NCBI GenBank assembly: GCA_965649745.1
Contig: CBFGLW010000002.1
Coordinates: 31,580 to 95,579, forward strand
Direction of reading: 5' to 3'
From: an uncultured Mesorhizobium sp.
Lineage (GTDB): Bacteria; Pseudomonadota; Alphaproteobacteria; Rhizobiales; Rhizobiaceae
Length of the DNA stretch: 64,000 nucleotides
Shown here piece by piece: positions 47,647-56,353 of this stretch. Numbering within the stretch: position 1 is the first letter of the stretch; every line of letters begins with the position of its first letter. The notes beneath the pieces are model-generated. The model did not search any database. It worked only from the letters and a program-made list of their open reading frames with translations, and was not told the origin of the DNA. The translations under genes were made by a program, and so were the position numbers.

Positions 47647-47650
47647 GTCC

Positions 47651-47676
47651 CTTCCTCCCCGCACGCGGGGAGGAAG
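47651..47676. terminator. Hairpin between convergent hslO and apaG (likely bidirectional terminator; same C/T-rich CCCC...GGGG hairpin type as the RIME-like elements)
   Basis: CTTCCTCCCCGC-AC-GCGGGGAGGAAG followed by TTTC. Confidence 0.5.
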
Positions 47677-47678
47677 TT

Positions 47679-48071
47679 TCAGTTCAAGACCCTTTTGCCT
47701 CGTGGCATGTCGAGCGAAAAAGCAGGGATGGCGACGTCAAACAATTCGCCGCCGGCGCTGCGCATCGTATAGCGGCCGACCATGATGCCGGACGGTGTCG
47801 AGAGCGGGCAGCCGGATGTGTATTGATAGCTGTCGCCGGGATCGAGCGCGGGTTGCTCGCCGACCACGCCGTCGCCGCGGACCTCCTTGATGCGGCCTTC
47901 CTCATCGGTGATCTGCCAATAGCGCGACAGCAGCTGCACGGCTTCCTCCGACCGGTTGTCGATGGTGATGCGGTAGCCCCACACGAAGTGCTTTTCGGAA
48001 GGGTCCGACTGCTCCTCCAGGTAGAAAGGTTCGACTTGCACTTCGATGCTGCGCGTGACCGCCCGATACAT
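47679..48071 (-). CDS. apaG: ApaG (DUF525) protein
   Basis: [24 protein letters not shown]...[12 protein letters not shown]...[12 protein letters not shown] is the canonical ApaG sequence. Confidence 0.88.
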   Translation of the reverse strand: MYRAVTRSIEVQVEPFYLEEQSDPSEKHFVWGYRITIDNRSEEAVQLLSRYWQITDEEGRIKEVRGDGVVGEQPALDPGDSYQYTSGCPLSTPSGIMVGRYTMRSAGGELFDVAIPAFSLDMPRGKRVLN

Positions 48072-48192
48072 GCACGTCTCCAATGTCAGGCGAACGGAAT
48101 TTTCGACTGGCCCGGCTGGTCGGTCAACCAGCTATGTCATCGCTCTGACATGAAACGATGATGTTTTCGCGGCAGTCGCAACGGGGCGATTC

Positions 48193-49389
48193 ATGCCCGA
48201 TAGCCGCGATGCGAACCATCGCTTCGGACAGGTGCTCATGGAACTGGCAGTCGCAGCTTCAGCAGCCTCGCTTACTCTGATTTCCGTCAACATCGCCGGC
48301 ATTCTTCTGGCTTCTTCCGGGCTTAGGCCGAAGGGCGATATGTTGCCGCCGAATGATGCTCCACCGGTCTCGATCGTTATCCCGTCGCGCGGCATAGAGG
48401 CTTTCACCCATGAAACGCTCGAGCGGGCCTTTTCGCTGAACTGGTCTGACTATGAGCTGATCTTCTGTGTGGCGCACGCCGACGATCCGGTCGCTGTTGT
48501 GATTGAGCGCGCCATGGCGCGTTTCCCCCACGTGCCGGCGCGGCTTCTGATCGGCGACGATCGCTTCAGTGGCAATCCCAAACTCAACAACTGCGTCAAG
48601 GGTTGGAAGGCGGCGCGGCATGAATGGGTGATCCTCGCCGACTCCAATGTGCTGATGCCGAGCGACTACGTGCAGCAGATGATGGCGGCTTGGCGCACCG
48701 ACACCGGCCTTGTCTGCTCGACGCCGATCGGCTCGCGGCCGGAAGGGTTCTGGGCCGAGGTCGAATGCGCTTTTCTCAACACCTTGCAGGCGCGCTGGCA
48801 ATATACCGGCGCGGCCGTCGGCTATGGCTTTGCACAAGGCAAGAGCATGTTGTGGAACAAGCCGATGCTTGACGCCAATGGCGGCATCCACGCGCTGGCC
48901 GCGGAGATCGCCGAAGATGCCGCGGCGACCAAGCTGGTGAATGGGATCGGCCTGCAGGTCAGGCTTGTCGGTTCGCCGTTCGAGCAGCCGCTCGGCCGGC
49001 GGACGCTGTGGGATATCTGGTCACGGCAGATACGCTGGGCACGTCTGCGCCGGGTCACGTTTCCGCTGTTCTTCGCGCCCGAAATACTGATCGGCGCGGC
49101 AGTGCCGCTGCTGCTGGCGCTGTGCGCCGCATGGAGCTTGGGGCTCAGCATACCGTTTGTCGCCGCAAGCGTACTCGCCGCCATCTATCTGCCGGAATAT
49201 GCCCTCGCGCTTGCCAAGGGATGGGAAGCATCGCCGCGCCTTCTGGCCGCGATGCTGGTGCGCGACGCCATCCTGCCGGCGGTCTGGCTGCGCGGCTGGC
49301 TGGGGGGCGCCGTCAACTGGCGCGGCAACGAGATGAAGATCCGCACCAAGGCTGCCGAAGAAGCCTACGAGGCGCCTTCCAACGCCTGA
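48193..49389 (+). CDS. Glycosyltransferase, ceramide-glucosyltransferase-like (GT21-like), membrane; start uncertain (48193 or 48238)
   Basis: PPVSIVIPSRG..., FSGNPKLNN and ILADSNVLMP (D-containing motifs), then C-terminal TM helices. Confidence 0.6.
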   Translation: MPDSRDANHRFGQVLMELAVAASAASLTLISVNIAGILLASSGLRPKGDMLPPNDAPPVSIVIPSRGIEAFTHETLERAFSLNWSDYELIFCVAHADDPVAVVIERAMARFPHVPARLLIGDDRFSGNPKLNNCVKGWKAARHEWVILADSNVLMPSDYVQQMMAAWRTDTGLVCSTPIGSRPEGFWAEVECAFLNTLQARWQYTGAAVGYGFAQGKSMLWNKPMLDANGGIHALAAEIAEDAAATKLVNGIGLQVRLVGSPFEQPLGRRTLWDIWSRQIRWARLRRVTFPLFFAPEILIGAAVPLLLALCAAWSLGLSIPFVAASVLAAIYLPEYALALAKGWEASPRLLAAMLVRDAILPAVWLRGWLGGAVNWRGNEMKIRTKAAEEAYEAPSNA

Positions 49390-49467
49390 TGTTGACAGGC
49401 TGCCGCCGCCGGCCTGCCGAACTACCGCTACCAGGCGCGTTGGTCTAAACCGGGGGCAGGAGACGAG

Positions 49468-49800
49468 ATGCTGTCCCAAGCCCGATTCGCTGCCATGGCG
49501 CTTTCGCTGCCCGAAGCTGTTCAGGGCGGTCATTTCGACGTCGCCGACTTTCGCGTCGGTGGCAGGATATTCGCGACCCTCCGGCCGAAGGACGGTCGTG
49601 CGGTGCTGAACCTGTCGCCCGACCAGCAGCGGCTTTTGCTGGAGACATCGGGCGAAATCTTCGAGTCGGTCCCCGGCTCATGGGGTCACAAGGGCTGGAC
49701 AAACGTCGTCCTCGCCAGCGCCGACGAGGAAACCGTCCGCCATGCCATGACGATGGCATGGCGTTCGGTGGCGCCGAGGCGCCTGATCGTCCAAGTTTAG
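49468..49800 (+). CDS. MmcQ/YjbR-family protein
   Basis: FRVGGRIFATL...SWGHKGWTNV pattern. SD GCAGGAG. Confidence 0.6.
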   Translation: MLSQARFAAMALSLPEAVQGGHFDVADFRVGGRIFATLRPKDGRAVLNLSPDQQRLLLETSGEIFESVPGSWGHKGWTNVVLASADEETVRHAMTMAWRSVAPRRLIVQV

Positions 49801-50984
49801 GCGCCGGCGAGCGCCTGTTCGATGTCGGCGATCAGATCGTCCGTGTCCTCCAGGCCGACCGACAGCCGCACCGTTCCCGGCCCAATGCCGAGCTCCGCCC
49901 GCGCCTCGTCCGCGAGGTTCTTGTGCGTCGTCGTCGCCGGATGGGTGATGATGCTTTTGGCATCGCCGAGGTTGTTGGAGATGCTGATGATATCGAGCGC
50001 GTTCTCGAAGGCGAAAGCCGATGTCTTGCCGCCCTTGAGATCGAAGCAGATCAGCGTCGATCCGCCTGTCATCTGCCTGGCGACGATATCGGCCTGCGGA
50101 TGATCGGCGCGGCCCGGATAGATGAGTTTCGAGATCTTCGGATGCCCGGCCAGGAAATCGGCGATCCTGCTGGCCGCTTCCGTCTGCTGGCGCACGCGCA
50201 GCGGCAGCGTCTCCAGTCCCTTGAGCAGGATCCAGGCATTGAACGGCGACATGCTGGGGCCGGTGTGGCGGAAATAGTCGTGCAGGTTTTCGTCGATCCA
50301 CTTCTTGTCGGAAAGCACCACGCCGCCCAGACACCGGCCCTGGCCGTCGATATGCTTGGTCGCCGAATAGACGACGACATGCGCGCCCAGTTCCAGCGGC
50401 TTCTGCTGCAGCGGCGTGGCGAAGACGTTGTCGACGATCAGGCGCGCGCCGATAGAGTTGGCGATTGCCGCGACCGCGGCGATGTCCACGACTTCCAGCG
50501 TCGGATTGGTCGGGCTTTCGAGAAAGAAGAGCTTGGTATTGGGCCGCACCGCATCCTGCCAGTTCTTCGTCTTCGTGCCGTCGACCAGCGTGGTCTCGAT
50601 GCCGTATTTCGGCGCCAGCGTTTCCACAACCCATCGGCAGGAGCCGAACAGTGCGCGCGCCGCCACGATATGGTCGCCGGCCTTCAGGCTGCAAAGCACC
50701 GCCGCGGTGACCGCCGCCATGCCGGACGCCGTGGCGCGCGCATCTTCCGCGCCTTCCAGCGCGCACATGCGCTTTTCGAACATGTCGACGGTCGGGTTGG
50801 CGTAGCGTGAGTAGATGAAGCCCGGCTCCTCGCCCTTGAAACGGGCCTCCGCCTGCTCGGCGCTCTTGTAGTGATAGCCCTGGGTCAGGAACATCGCCTC
50901 CGACAGCTCGCCGAATTCGGAACGCAGCGTTCCGGCGTGCACGAGTTGCGTTGCGGGTTTCCAGTTGCGCTTTTTCTCAGTCAT
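49797..50984 (-). CDS. metZ: O-succinylhomoserine sulfhydrylase
   Basis: Cys/Met-metabolism PLP family: YSRYANPT and VVYSATKHIDGQGR (PLP Lys). The MetZ-type N-terminus is W.PATQLVHAGTLRS.FGE. Confidence 0.85.
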   Translation of the reverse strand: MTEKKRNWKPATQLVHAGTLRSEFGELSEAMFLTQGYHYKSAEQAEARFKGEEPGFIYSRYANPTVDMFEKRMCALEGAEDARATASGMAAVTAAVLCSLKAGDHIVAARALFGSCRWVVETLAPKYGIETTLVDGTKTKNWQDAVRPNTKLFFLESPTNPTLEVVDIAAVAAIANSIGARLIVDNVFATPLQQKPLELGAHVVVYSATKHIDGQGRCLGGVVLSDKKWIDENLHDYFRHTGPSMSPFNAWILLKGLETLPLRVRQQTEAASRIADFLAGHPKISKLIYPGRADHPQADIVARQMTGGSTLICFDLKGGKTSAFAFENALDIISISNNLGDAKSIITHPATTTHKNLADEARAELGIGPGTVRLSVGLEDTDDLIADIEQALAGA

Positions 50985-51001
50985 GGTCCCTGTTCCGACA
51001 C

Positions 51002-51032
51002 AAAAAAACCGGCCGCGAAAGTCGCAACCGGT
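51002..51032 (-). terminator. Attenuator-type terminator between the SAM-II aptamer and the metZ start
   Basis: On the minus strand: ACCGGTTGCG-ACTTT-CGCGGCCGGT (stem with a 2x2 internal mismatch) followed by TTTTTTT. Confidence 0.45.
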
Positions 51033-51049
51033 CCTATGGCTTCCGCCGA

Positions 51050-51105
51050 CGGTCCTTTAGCGACTTGTTTAACGTGGCTGCAAGCCGACCGGCCAAATCA
51101 CCACG
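51050..51105 (-). promoter_or_regulatory. SAM-II (metA-motif) riboswitch aptamer in the metZ leader
   Basis: The minus strand reads GUGAUUUGGCCGGUCGGCUUGCAGCCACGUUAAACAAGUCGCUAAAGG. This fits my recollection of the SAM-II consensus (GAUUU..GGCUU..ACGUUAAA..GCUAAAG), and the location upstream of a methionine gene in an alphaproteobacterium is typical. Confidence 0.7.
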
Positions 51106-51152
51106 GGATAACGGTCCTTTAGACCCGAGGTTGGCTTGCGTCAATCTCCGGC

Positions 51153-52292
51153 TTGATTAAGAGGTTAGGCCAGCGGCCTTCAAGCGGATCGAGAGCCTTG
51201 CGGCAGACCGGAATTCTTCCCGACCAGGATATAGCGGCGCTGTTTGCGTCCGGCTCGCTCAAGAGCGAGCGCGCGCTCGATTCCGACCAGATCCAGCCCG
51301 CCAGCCTCGATCTGAGGCTTGGCGCCACCGCCTATCGGGTGCGCGCCTCCTTCCTGCCGGGGCCGGACAGCACGGTTTCGACGAAGCTTGATCGGCTGAA
51401 GCTGCACGAAATCAATCTCGCCGAAGGCGCGGTCCTGGAGACCGGTTGCGTCTATATCGTGCCCTTGCTGGAGAGCCTTGCCCTGCCGGCCGAAATCTCG
51501 GCATCGGCCAATCCCAAGAGCTCTACCGGGCGTCTCGACATCTTCACCCGCGTCATGACCGACCACGGGCACGAATTCGACAAGATCGCCGCCGGTTACG
51601 CCGGGCCGCTTTATCTCGAAGTCAGCCCGCGGACATTTCCGATCGTTGCACGCGCCGGATCGCGCCTGTCGCAGATACGCTTCCGCACCGGCAATGCGCT
51701 GCTGTCAGAAGCTGAGCTTCACGCACTGCATCGCGCCGAAACGCTGGTAGCTGTCGAACCGCCCAACATCTCCGGCGGCGGGATCGCGCTATCCATCGAC
51801 CTTGCCGGCGACAAGGACGGATTGATCGGCTATCGCGGCAAGCACCACACCGGACTGGTCGACGTCGACAAGCGCGCCGCGCAGGACGTTGCCGGCTTCT
51901 GGGAGCCGCTTTACAGGAGCGGCGCCGGCGAACTCGTGCTCGATCCGGACGAGTTCTACATTCTGGTGTCGCGCGAGGCCGTCCACGTGCCGCCGCTTTA
52001 TGCAGCCGAGATGACGCCCTTCGATCCGCTGGTCGGCGAGTTCCGGGTTCACTATGCCGGCTTCTTCGATCCGGGTTTCGGACATTCGGCGGCAGGCGGC
52101 ACAGGCAGCCGTGCGGTTCTGGAAGTGCGCAGCCACGAAGTTCCCTTCATCCTCGATCACGGTCAGATCGTCGGGCGGCTGGTCTATGAACATATGCTGA
52201 AGCGGCCGTCTGCCCTTTACGGCTCCGATCTCGGCTCCAACTATCAGGCGCAGGGCCTGAAACTGTCGAAACATTTCCGCGCTGCACGCTGA
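51153..52292 (+). CDS. 2'-deoxycytidine 5'-triphosphate deaminase (long form); start uncertain (51153 or TTG 51198)
   Basis: TGILPDQDI...IQPASLDLRLG... The dCTP deaminase / dUTPase-superfamily pattern appears twice over ~370 aa. Confidence 0.7.
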   Translation: MIKRLGQRPSSGSRALRQTGILPDQDIAALFASGSLKSERALDSDQIQPASLDLRLGATAYRVRASFLPGPDSTVSTKLDRLKLHEINLAEGAVLETGCVYIVPLLESLALPAEISASANPKSSTGRLDIFTRVMTDHGHEFDKIAAGYAGPLYLEVSPRTFPIVARAGSRLSQIRFRTGNALLSEAELHALHRAETLVAVEPPNISGGGIALSIDLAGDKDGLIGYRGKHHTGLVDVDKRAAQDVAGFWEPLYRSGAGELVLDPDEFYILVSREAVHVPPLYAAEMTPFDPLVGEFRVHYAGFFDPGFGHSAAGGTGSRAVLEVRSHEVPFILDHGQIVGRLVYEHMLKRPSALYGSDLGSNYQAQGLKLSKHFRAAR

Positions 52293-52349
52293 ACAGGGCG
52301 GCGGCTGGCGTTTGCGCCAGAACGGCTTGCCGTACGCCAGGAGAAAAGC

Positions 52350-53117
52350 ATGAAGATTTCACGGTTGCTTGCGTTGATCCTCGGCCTCGTCATGACTGTT
52401 GCAGCCTGTCTGGCGGCGAGCGCGCAATCGCACCTCAAGGTCGCGACCGAAGGCGCTTATCCGCCCTTCAACAGCGTCACGGCGGACGGCACGATCGTCG
52501 GCTTCGACGTAGACATCGCCAATGCGCTCTGCGGCCGGCTGAAGGTGGAATGCGAGATCGTCGCGCAGGATTGGGATGGCCTCATTCCCGGCCTTCAGGC
52601 GGGCAAGTTCGATATGATCGTCGCGTCCATGACCATTACCGAGGAACGCAGGAAGCAGATCGCCTTTACCCACAAATATTATGCCACGCCCTTTTCGCTG
52701 GTTGTGCCGAAGGACAGCCCCCTTGCCGGCGTCGAGGCCGAGGCGTTCAAGGGCAAAACCCTTGGCGCACAGGCTTCCACCGTGCTCGGCGACTACGCCG
52801 AAAAGGCCTATGGCAAGGTCGGGGCGGTCGTAAAACTCTATCCCTCGCAGGAAGAGGCGATGGCCGATCTGGTCAACGGCCGTCTGGACGCGGTGCTTTC
52901 CGATAAATTCTTCCTGAAAAGCTGGCTCAAGGGCGCCGATGGCGCCTGTTGCCGGATGCTCGGCGACATCGAAGGCACGGCTGCTGAGGCGGGCATCGGC
53001 GTGCGCCTTGAGGACACCGCATTGCGCGACCGGCTCAATGCTGCGCTGGACGCGATCATCGCCGATGGCACCTACAGGAAAATCCAGTCGAAGTATTTCG
53101 ATTTCGACATCTATTGA
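52350..53117 (+). CDS. Periplasmic basic amino-acid (Lys/Arg/Orn/His-type) ABC substrate-binding protein
   Basis: Signal peptide followed by LKVATEGAYPPFN...GFDVDIANALC...WDGLIPGLQAGKFDMIVASM. Confidence 0.8.
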   Translation: MKISRLLALILGLVMTVAACLAASAQSHLKVATEGAYPPFNSVTADGTIVGFDVDIANALCGRLKVECEIVAQDWDGLIPGLQAGKFDMIVASMTITEERRKQIAFTHKYYATPFSLVVPKDSPLAGVEAEAFKGKTLGAQASTVLGDYAEKAYGKVGAVVKLYPSQEEAMADLVNGRLDAVLSDKFFLKSWLKGADGACCRMLGDIEGTAAEAGIGVRLEDTALRDRLNAALDAIIADGTYRKIQSKYFDFDIY

Positions 53118-53155
53118 GACGCGGTGCGCCTCAGGCTTCACGATCTTGAACTGAG

Positions 53156-53229
53156 TGGAGCGGGCAGCGGGAATCGAACCCGCACGAAAAGCTTGGGAAG
53201 CTTCCAGGCTACCACTACATCATGCCCGC
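53156..53229 (-). tRNA. tRNA-Gly (anticodon CCC)
   Basis: Acceptor GCGGGCA/TGCCCGC, anticodon stem GAAGC/GCTTT with loop TTCCCAA, T arm GCGGG-TTCGATT-CCCGC, then T-CCA. The D stem has one mismatch. Confidence 0.8.
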
Positions 53230-53325
53230 GCTGGCGCTTCGTTATCATGCCGGCCGGGGATCGGGCAATCGGCAAAACGGCGCGAGGCCGCGCAACTTTT
53301 CGTCGTTTTACGACGAACCGGTGAA

Positions 53326-54108
53326 TCAATCCCGTGGAGCCAGGGCATTTTGCGATTCCACCGCCAGTTCGACGCGGTCGGCGGGAAATCGCGTTCGTGA
53401 GTACTGGATGGGACGGTTCTCCATATCCACGTTGATGGCATGGGTGACGATCACGATGGCGCCCGGCGAAAGCCGCAGGTCGCGCACATCGGCTTCGTCG
53501 GCGTGGCGCGCCTCGATCCGGGTCGATGCCCGCAAATAGTCCTCGATGCCGAATTCCCGCAGCGCCTGACTGAGAGACTCGGCTTCGGCATAAGCTTCCG
53601 CGATGGTCGGGAATTTCGCGGCATTGAACCATGAGGTGGCGCGCGACACCGGCACGCCGTCGGCACTGCCGCGCGCCTCAACCCGTATGACCGGCGCTCC
53701 TGTTTCAAGACCAAGCGCCTGAGCGACTTCTGCCATGGCTGGCTCGCGTTCGCCGGCGAGTATGTCGGTATGGCGCTCGCGGGCCTGACTCCCGAGCCCC
53801 GTCGAAAAGCGCGTGCGTTTGCCGATCGGATAAACGAGCCGCTTCTGCCGTCGTGCGAAGGTTCCCCGGCCCTGGATGGAATGCAGCACGCCCTCATGGG
53901 CAAGCGCGGCGATGGCTGCCCGTACCGTGTGCCTGTTGACGCCGAACCGCTCGGCAAGGGTCGCTTCCGGCGGCAGTCGCCCTTCGGCGTCGGCAAGGTT
54001 CCCGCCGGCCAGCCCGTTGCGGATGTCGTCGGCGATCTGCCGCCACAGGGCCACGCCGACGCCGCGCTGGATGGCCAGCTTTTTCCCAGTTGAACCTGTT
54101 TCTGTCAT
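53326..54108 (-). CDS. phnF: Phosphonate metabolism transcriptional regulator PhnF (GntR/HutC family)
   Basis: GntR HTH LPPEATLAERFGVNRHTVRAAIAALAHEGVL plus a UTRA-like C-terminus. Divergent from phnG. Confidence 0.8.
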   Translation of the reverse strand: MTETGSTGKKLAIQRGVGVALWRQIADDIRNGLAGGNLADAEGRLPPEATLAERFGVNRHTVRAAIAALAHEGVLHSIQGRGTFARRQKRLVYPIGKRTRFSTGLGSQARERHTDILAGEREPAMAEVAQALGLETGAPVIRVEARGSADGVPVSRATSWFNAAKFPTIAEAYAEAESLSQALREFGIEDYLRASTRIEARHADEADVRDLRLSPGAIVIVTHAINVDMENRPIQYSRTRFPADRVELAVESQNALAPRD

Positions 54109-54151
54109 GCGTCTGTCATCCCGGCCCGCTAGGAGTCCATAAGTCATCGAG

Positions 54152-54171
54152 TTGTATAGATCAATAGACAA
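54152..54171. promoter_or_regulatory. Candidate PhnF (HutC-type) operator
   Basis: TTGTATAGATCAATAGACAA contains GTATAGA / ATAGAC elements resembling the HutC-family GT.TA.AC core. It lies in the phnF/phnG divergent region. Confidence 0.3.
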
Positions 54172-54636
54172 ATGAGAAACAACAATCAGATGGCCGACAT
54201 GCAGGCCAGACAGAGAAGAATGCGGGTTCTGGCGTTGAGCGACGCTGCAACCCTGCATTCCCGCTACGCTGCCCTTGGCACCGAACCGGGCCATAGTCTG
54301 CTGCGCGGGCCCGAAACCGGTCTGGTCATGCTGCGCGGCCGCATCGGCGGCGTCGGCGAGGCGTTCAATCTCGGCGAAGCGACGGTCACGCGGGCGACGG
54401 TCAAGCTGCATGACGGTTCAGTCGGCCATGCGATGGCGCTTGGTCGCGTGCCTGAGAAGGTGCGGCAGGCGGCGGTGATCGATGCCCTTTGCCGCGACGA
54501 GGCGCGCGCCGCGCGGATCGACGCCGAACTCATCGCCCCAATCGAGGAGGCGCTTGCGAAAGCCGACGAGAAGCGACGGCAGGAAACCGCCGCAACCCGC
54601 GTCGACTTCTTCACTCTGGTGCGGGGAGAAGATTGA
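54172..54636 (+). CDS. phnG: C-P lyase system protein PhnG (start may be further in, at about 54190-54199)
   Basis: Position and size match, RQRRMRVLALSDAATL resembles the PhnG N-terminus, and a TGATG overlap links it to phnH. Confidence 0.75.
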   Translation: MRNNNQMADMQARQRRMRVLALSDAATLHSRYAALGTEPGHSLLRGPETGLVMLRGRIGGVGEAFNLGEATVTRATVKLHDGSVGHAMALGRVPEKVRQAAVIDALCRDEARAARIDAELIAPIEEALAKADEKRRQETAATRVDFFTLVRGED

Positions 54637-55247
54637 TGCTCGCACAGGCTTCGACTCTCGAAGGCGGCTTCACGCATCCTGTCATGGACGCGCAGGCGGT
54701 CTTCCGGATCGTCATGGATGCCATGGCCCGGCCGGCGCGTATCGTGCCGCTGAATCCGACGGTCGCGCCGCCCGAGCCACTTACGCCGGCCGCTGCTGCG
54801 ATTGCCTGCACCCTGTTCGATGCGGACGCGGATTTCTGGCTGGACACCCGCCTGGCGAGCCACGGCGCGGTGGCGGACTGGCTGGTGTTCCATACAGGCG
54901 CGCGTTCGGTGGCGAAGCCGGCGGATGCGGCCTTCGCGCTGATCGCAGAGATTGCGTCCATGCCGTCGCTCGACCGCTTCCCGCAGGGAACGCAGGAATA
55001 TCCTGACCGATCGATAACATTGGTGATGCAGGTGCCCAGCCTCACCGGTGGGGTGGAAATGACTTTTCAAGGTCCCGGCATCAACGGGCGTGCCGGCATT
55101 GCGCCGCAGGGCTTGCCTGCCGGTTTCGCGGATCAGTGGCGGGCCAATCGCGGACGCTTTCCGCGCGGGGTCGACGTCATTCTGGCGGACGCGGACTCGA
55201 TCGTCTGCCTCCCGCGTTCGGCGCGTCTCGTCAGCGGGGAGGGGTAG
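54636..55247 (+). CDS. phnH: C-P lyase system protein PhnH
   Basis: GFTHPVMDAQAVFRIVMDAMARPARI is the typical PhnH start. Operon position agrees. Confidence 0.8.
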   Translation: MLAQASTLEGGFTHPVMDAQAVFRIVMDAMARPARIVPLNPTVAPPEPLTPAAAAIACTLFDADADFWLDTRLASHGAVADWLVFHTGARSVAKPADAAFALIAEIASMPSLDRFPQGTQEYPDRSITLVMQVPSLTGGVEMTFQGPGINGRAGIAPQGLPAGFADQWRANRGRFPRGVDVILADADSIVCLPRSARLVSGEG

Positions 55248-55249
55248 GC

Positions 55250-56353
55250 ATGTATGTCGCTGTAAAGGGTGGCGAGGCCGCCATCGACAATGCCCACCGC
55301 CTGCTGGCCGATCGCCGCCGTGGCGATCGCTCGGTCCCGTCCCTGACCCTCGACCAGATCGCCGAACAATTGGCGCTCGGTGTTGATCGCGTGATGAGCG
55401 AGGGCTCGCTCTATGATCGTCGTCTGGCAGCCTTGGCCGTCAAGCAGGCGCGGGGCGATCTGATCGAGGCGATCTTCCTCGTCCGCGCTTACCGCACCAC
55501 GCTGCCGCGCTTCGGCCATTCCGAGCCGGTCGACACGGGAGCGATGGCGGTCGAACGGCGCATCTCGGCCTGCTACAAGGATCTGCCCGGCGGCCAGCTC
55601 CTCGGGCCGACCTTCGACTACACCCACCGCCTGCTCGACGCCGACCTCGAGGGCGATGTGGAAGTGCCGGTGGGTGCGACGCGCGACATTCCGGTGGAGC
55701 CGGTCACACGCATCGCCGACATTCTTGGAGCGGAAGGCCTGATCGAGGAGGATTTTCCGGCAGTCGATCAGCCCGGCGACATCAACCAGACCCCGATGGA
55801 ATTTCCGCTGTCACGCGCCATGCGGTTGCAATCGCTGGCCCGCGGCGACGAGGGCTTCCTGCTGGCACTCGGCTATTCGACCCAGCGCGGCTATGCCCGC
55901 TCTCATCCTTTCGCCGGCGAGATACGCATCGGCGAGGTCGAGGTCGAAGTATTCCTTCCAGAGCTTGGCTTCGCCGTTATGGTCGGCCGCGTGCGGCTGA
56001 CCGAATGCCAGATGGTCAATCAGTTCAAGGGATCGGCCAAGGCGCCGCCGCAATTTACCCGTGGCTACGGGCTGGTCTTCGGCCAATCGGAACGCAAGGC
56101 CATGGCCATGGCGCTGTGCGACCGGGCGCTGCGTGCGCAGGAATTTGGCGAAGACGTCGTTGCGCCGGCCCAGGACGAGGAATTCGTCGTCTCGCATTGC
56201 GACAATGTGCAGGCCACGGGCTTCGTCGAGCATCTGAAACTCCCGCACTATGTGGATTTCCAGGCCGAGCTCGGACTGGTGCGCACCATGCGCGCCGAAT
56301 ATGAGGCCGGGCTGACCGATCCTGTTGTCCAGACACGCGAGGCGGCGGAATGA
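55250..56353 (+). CDS. phnI: C-P lyase system protein PhnI
   Basis: MYVAVKGGEAAIDNAHRLLADRRRGD is the canonical PhnI N-terminus. ATGA overlap with phnJ. Confidence 0.88.
   Translation: MYVAVKGGEAAIDNAHRLLADRRRGDRSVPSLTLDQIAEQLALGVDRVMSEGSLYDRRLAALAVKQARGDLIEAIFLVRAYRTTLPRFGHSEPVDTGAMAVERRISACYKDLPGGQLLGPTFDYTHRLLDADLEGDVEVPVGATRDIPVEPVTRIADILGAEGLIEEDFPAVDQPGDINQTPMEFPLSRAMRLQSLARGDEGFLLALGYSTQRGYARSHPFAGEIRIGEVEVEVFLPELGFAVMVGRVRLTECQMVNQFKGSAKAPPQFTRGYGLVFGQSERKAMAMALCDRALRAQEFGEDVVAPAQDEEFVVSHCDNVQATGFVEHLKLPHYVDFQAELGLVRTMRAEYEAGLTDPVVQTREAAE

Noticed and set aside
49678-50810. Two ORFs of about 360-376 aa (49678-50766 minus, 49680-50810 plus) overlapping metZ
   Set aside because: MetZ (49797-50984, minus) has the PLP-lysine motif and a riboswitch-bearing leader. 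The alternative frames are Arg/Gly-rich with no recognisable domains.
51106-51175. Second SAM-II aptamer upstream of the first
   Set aside because: Only the CTAAAGGACCGT 12-mer is shared. The GAUUU / GGCUU / ACGUUAAA elements are missing, so this is not a tandem riboswitch by eye.
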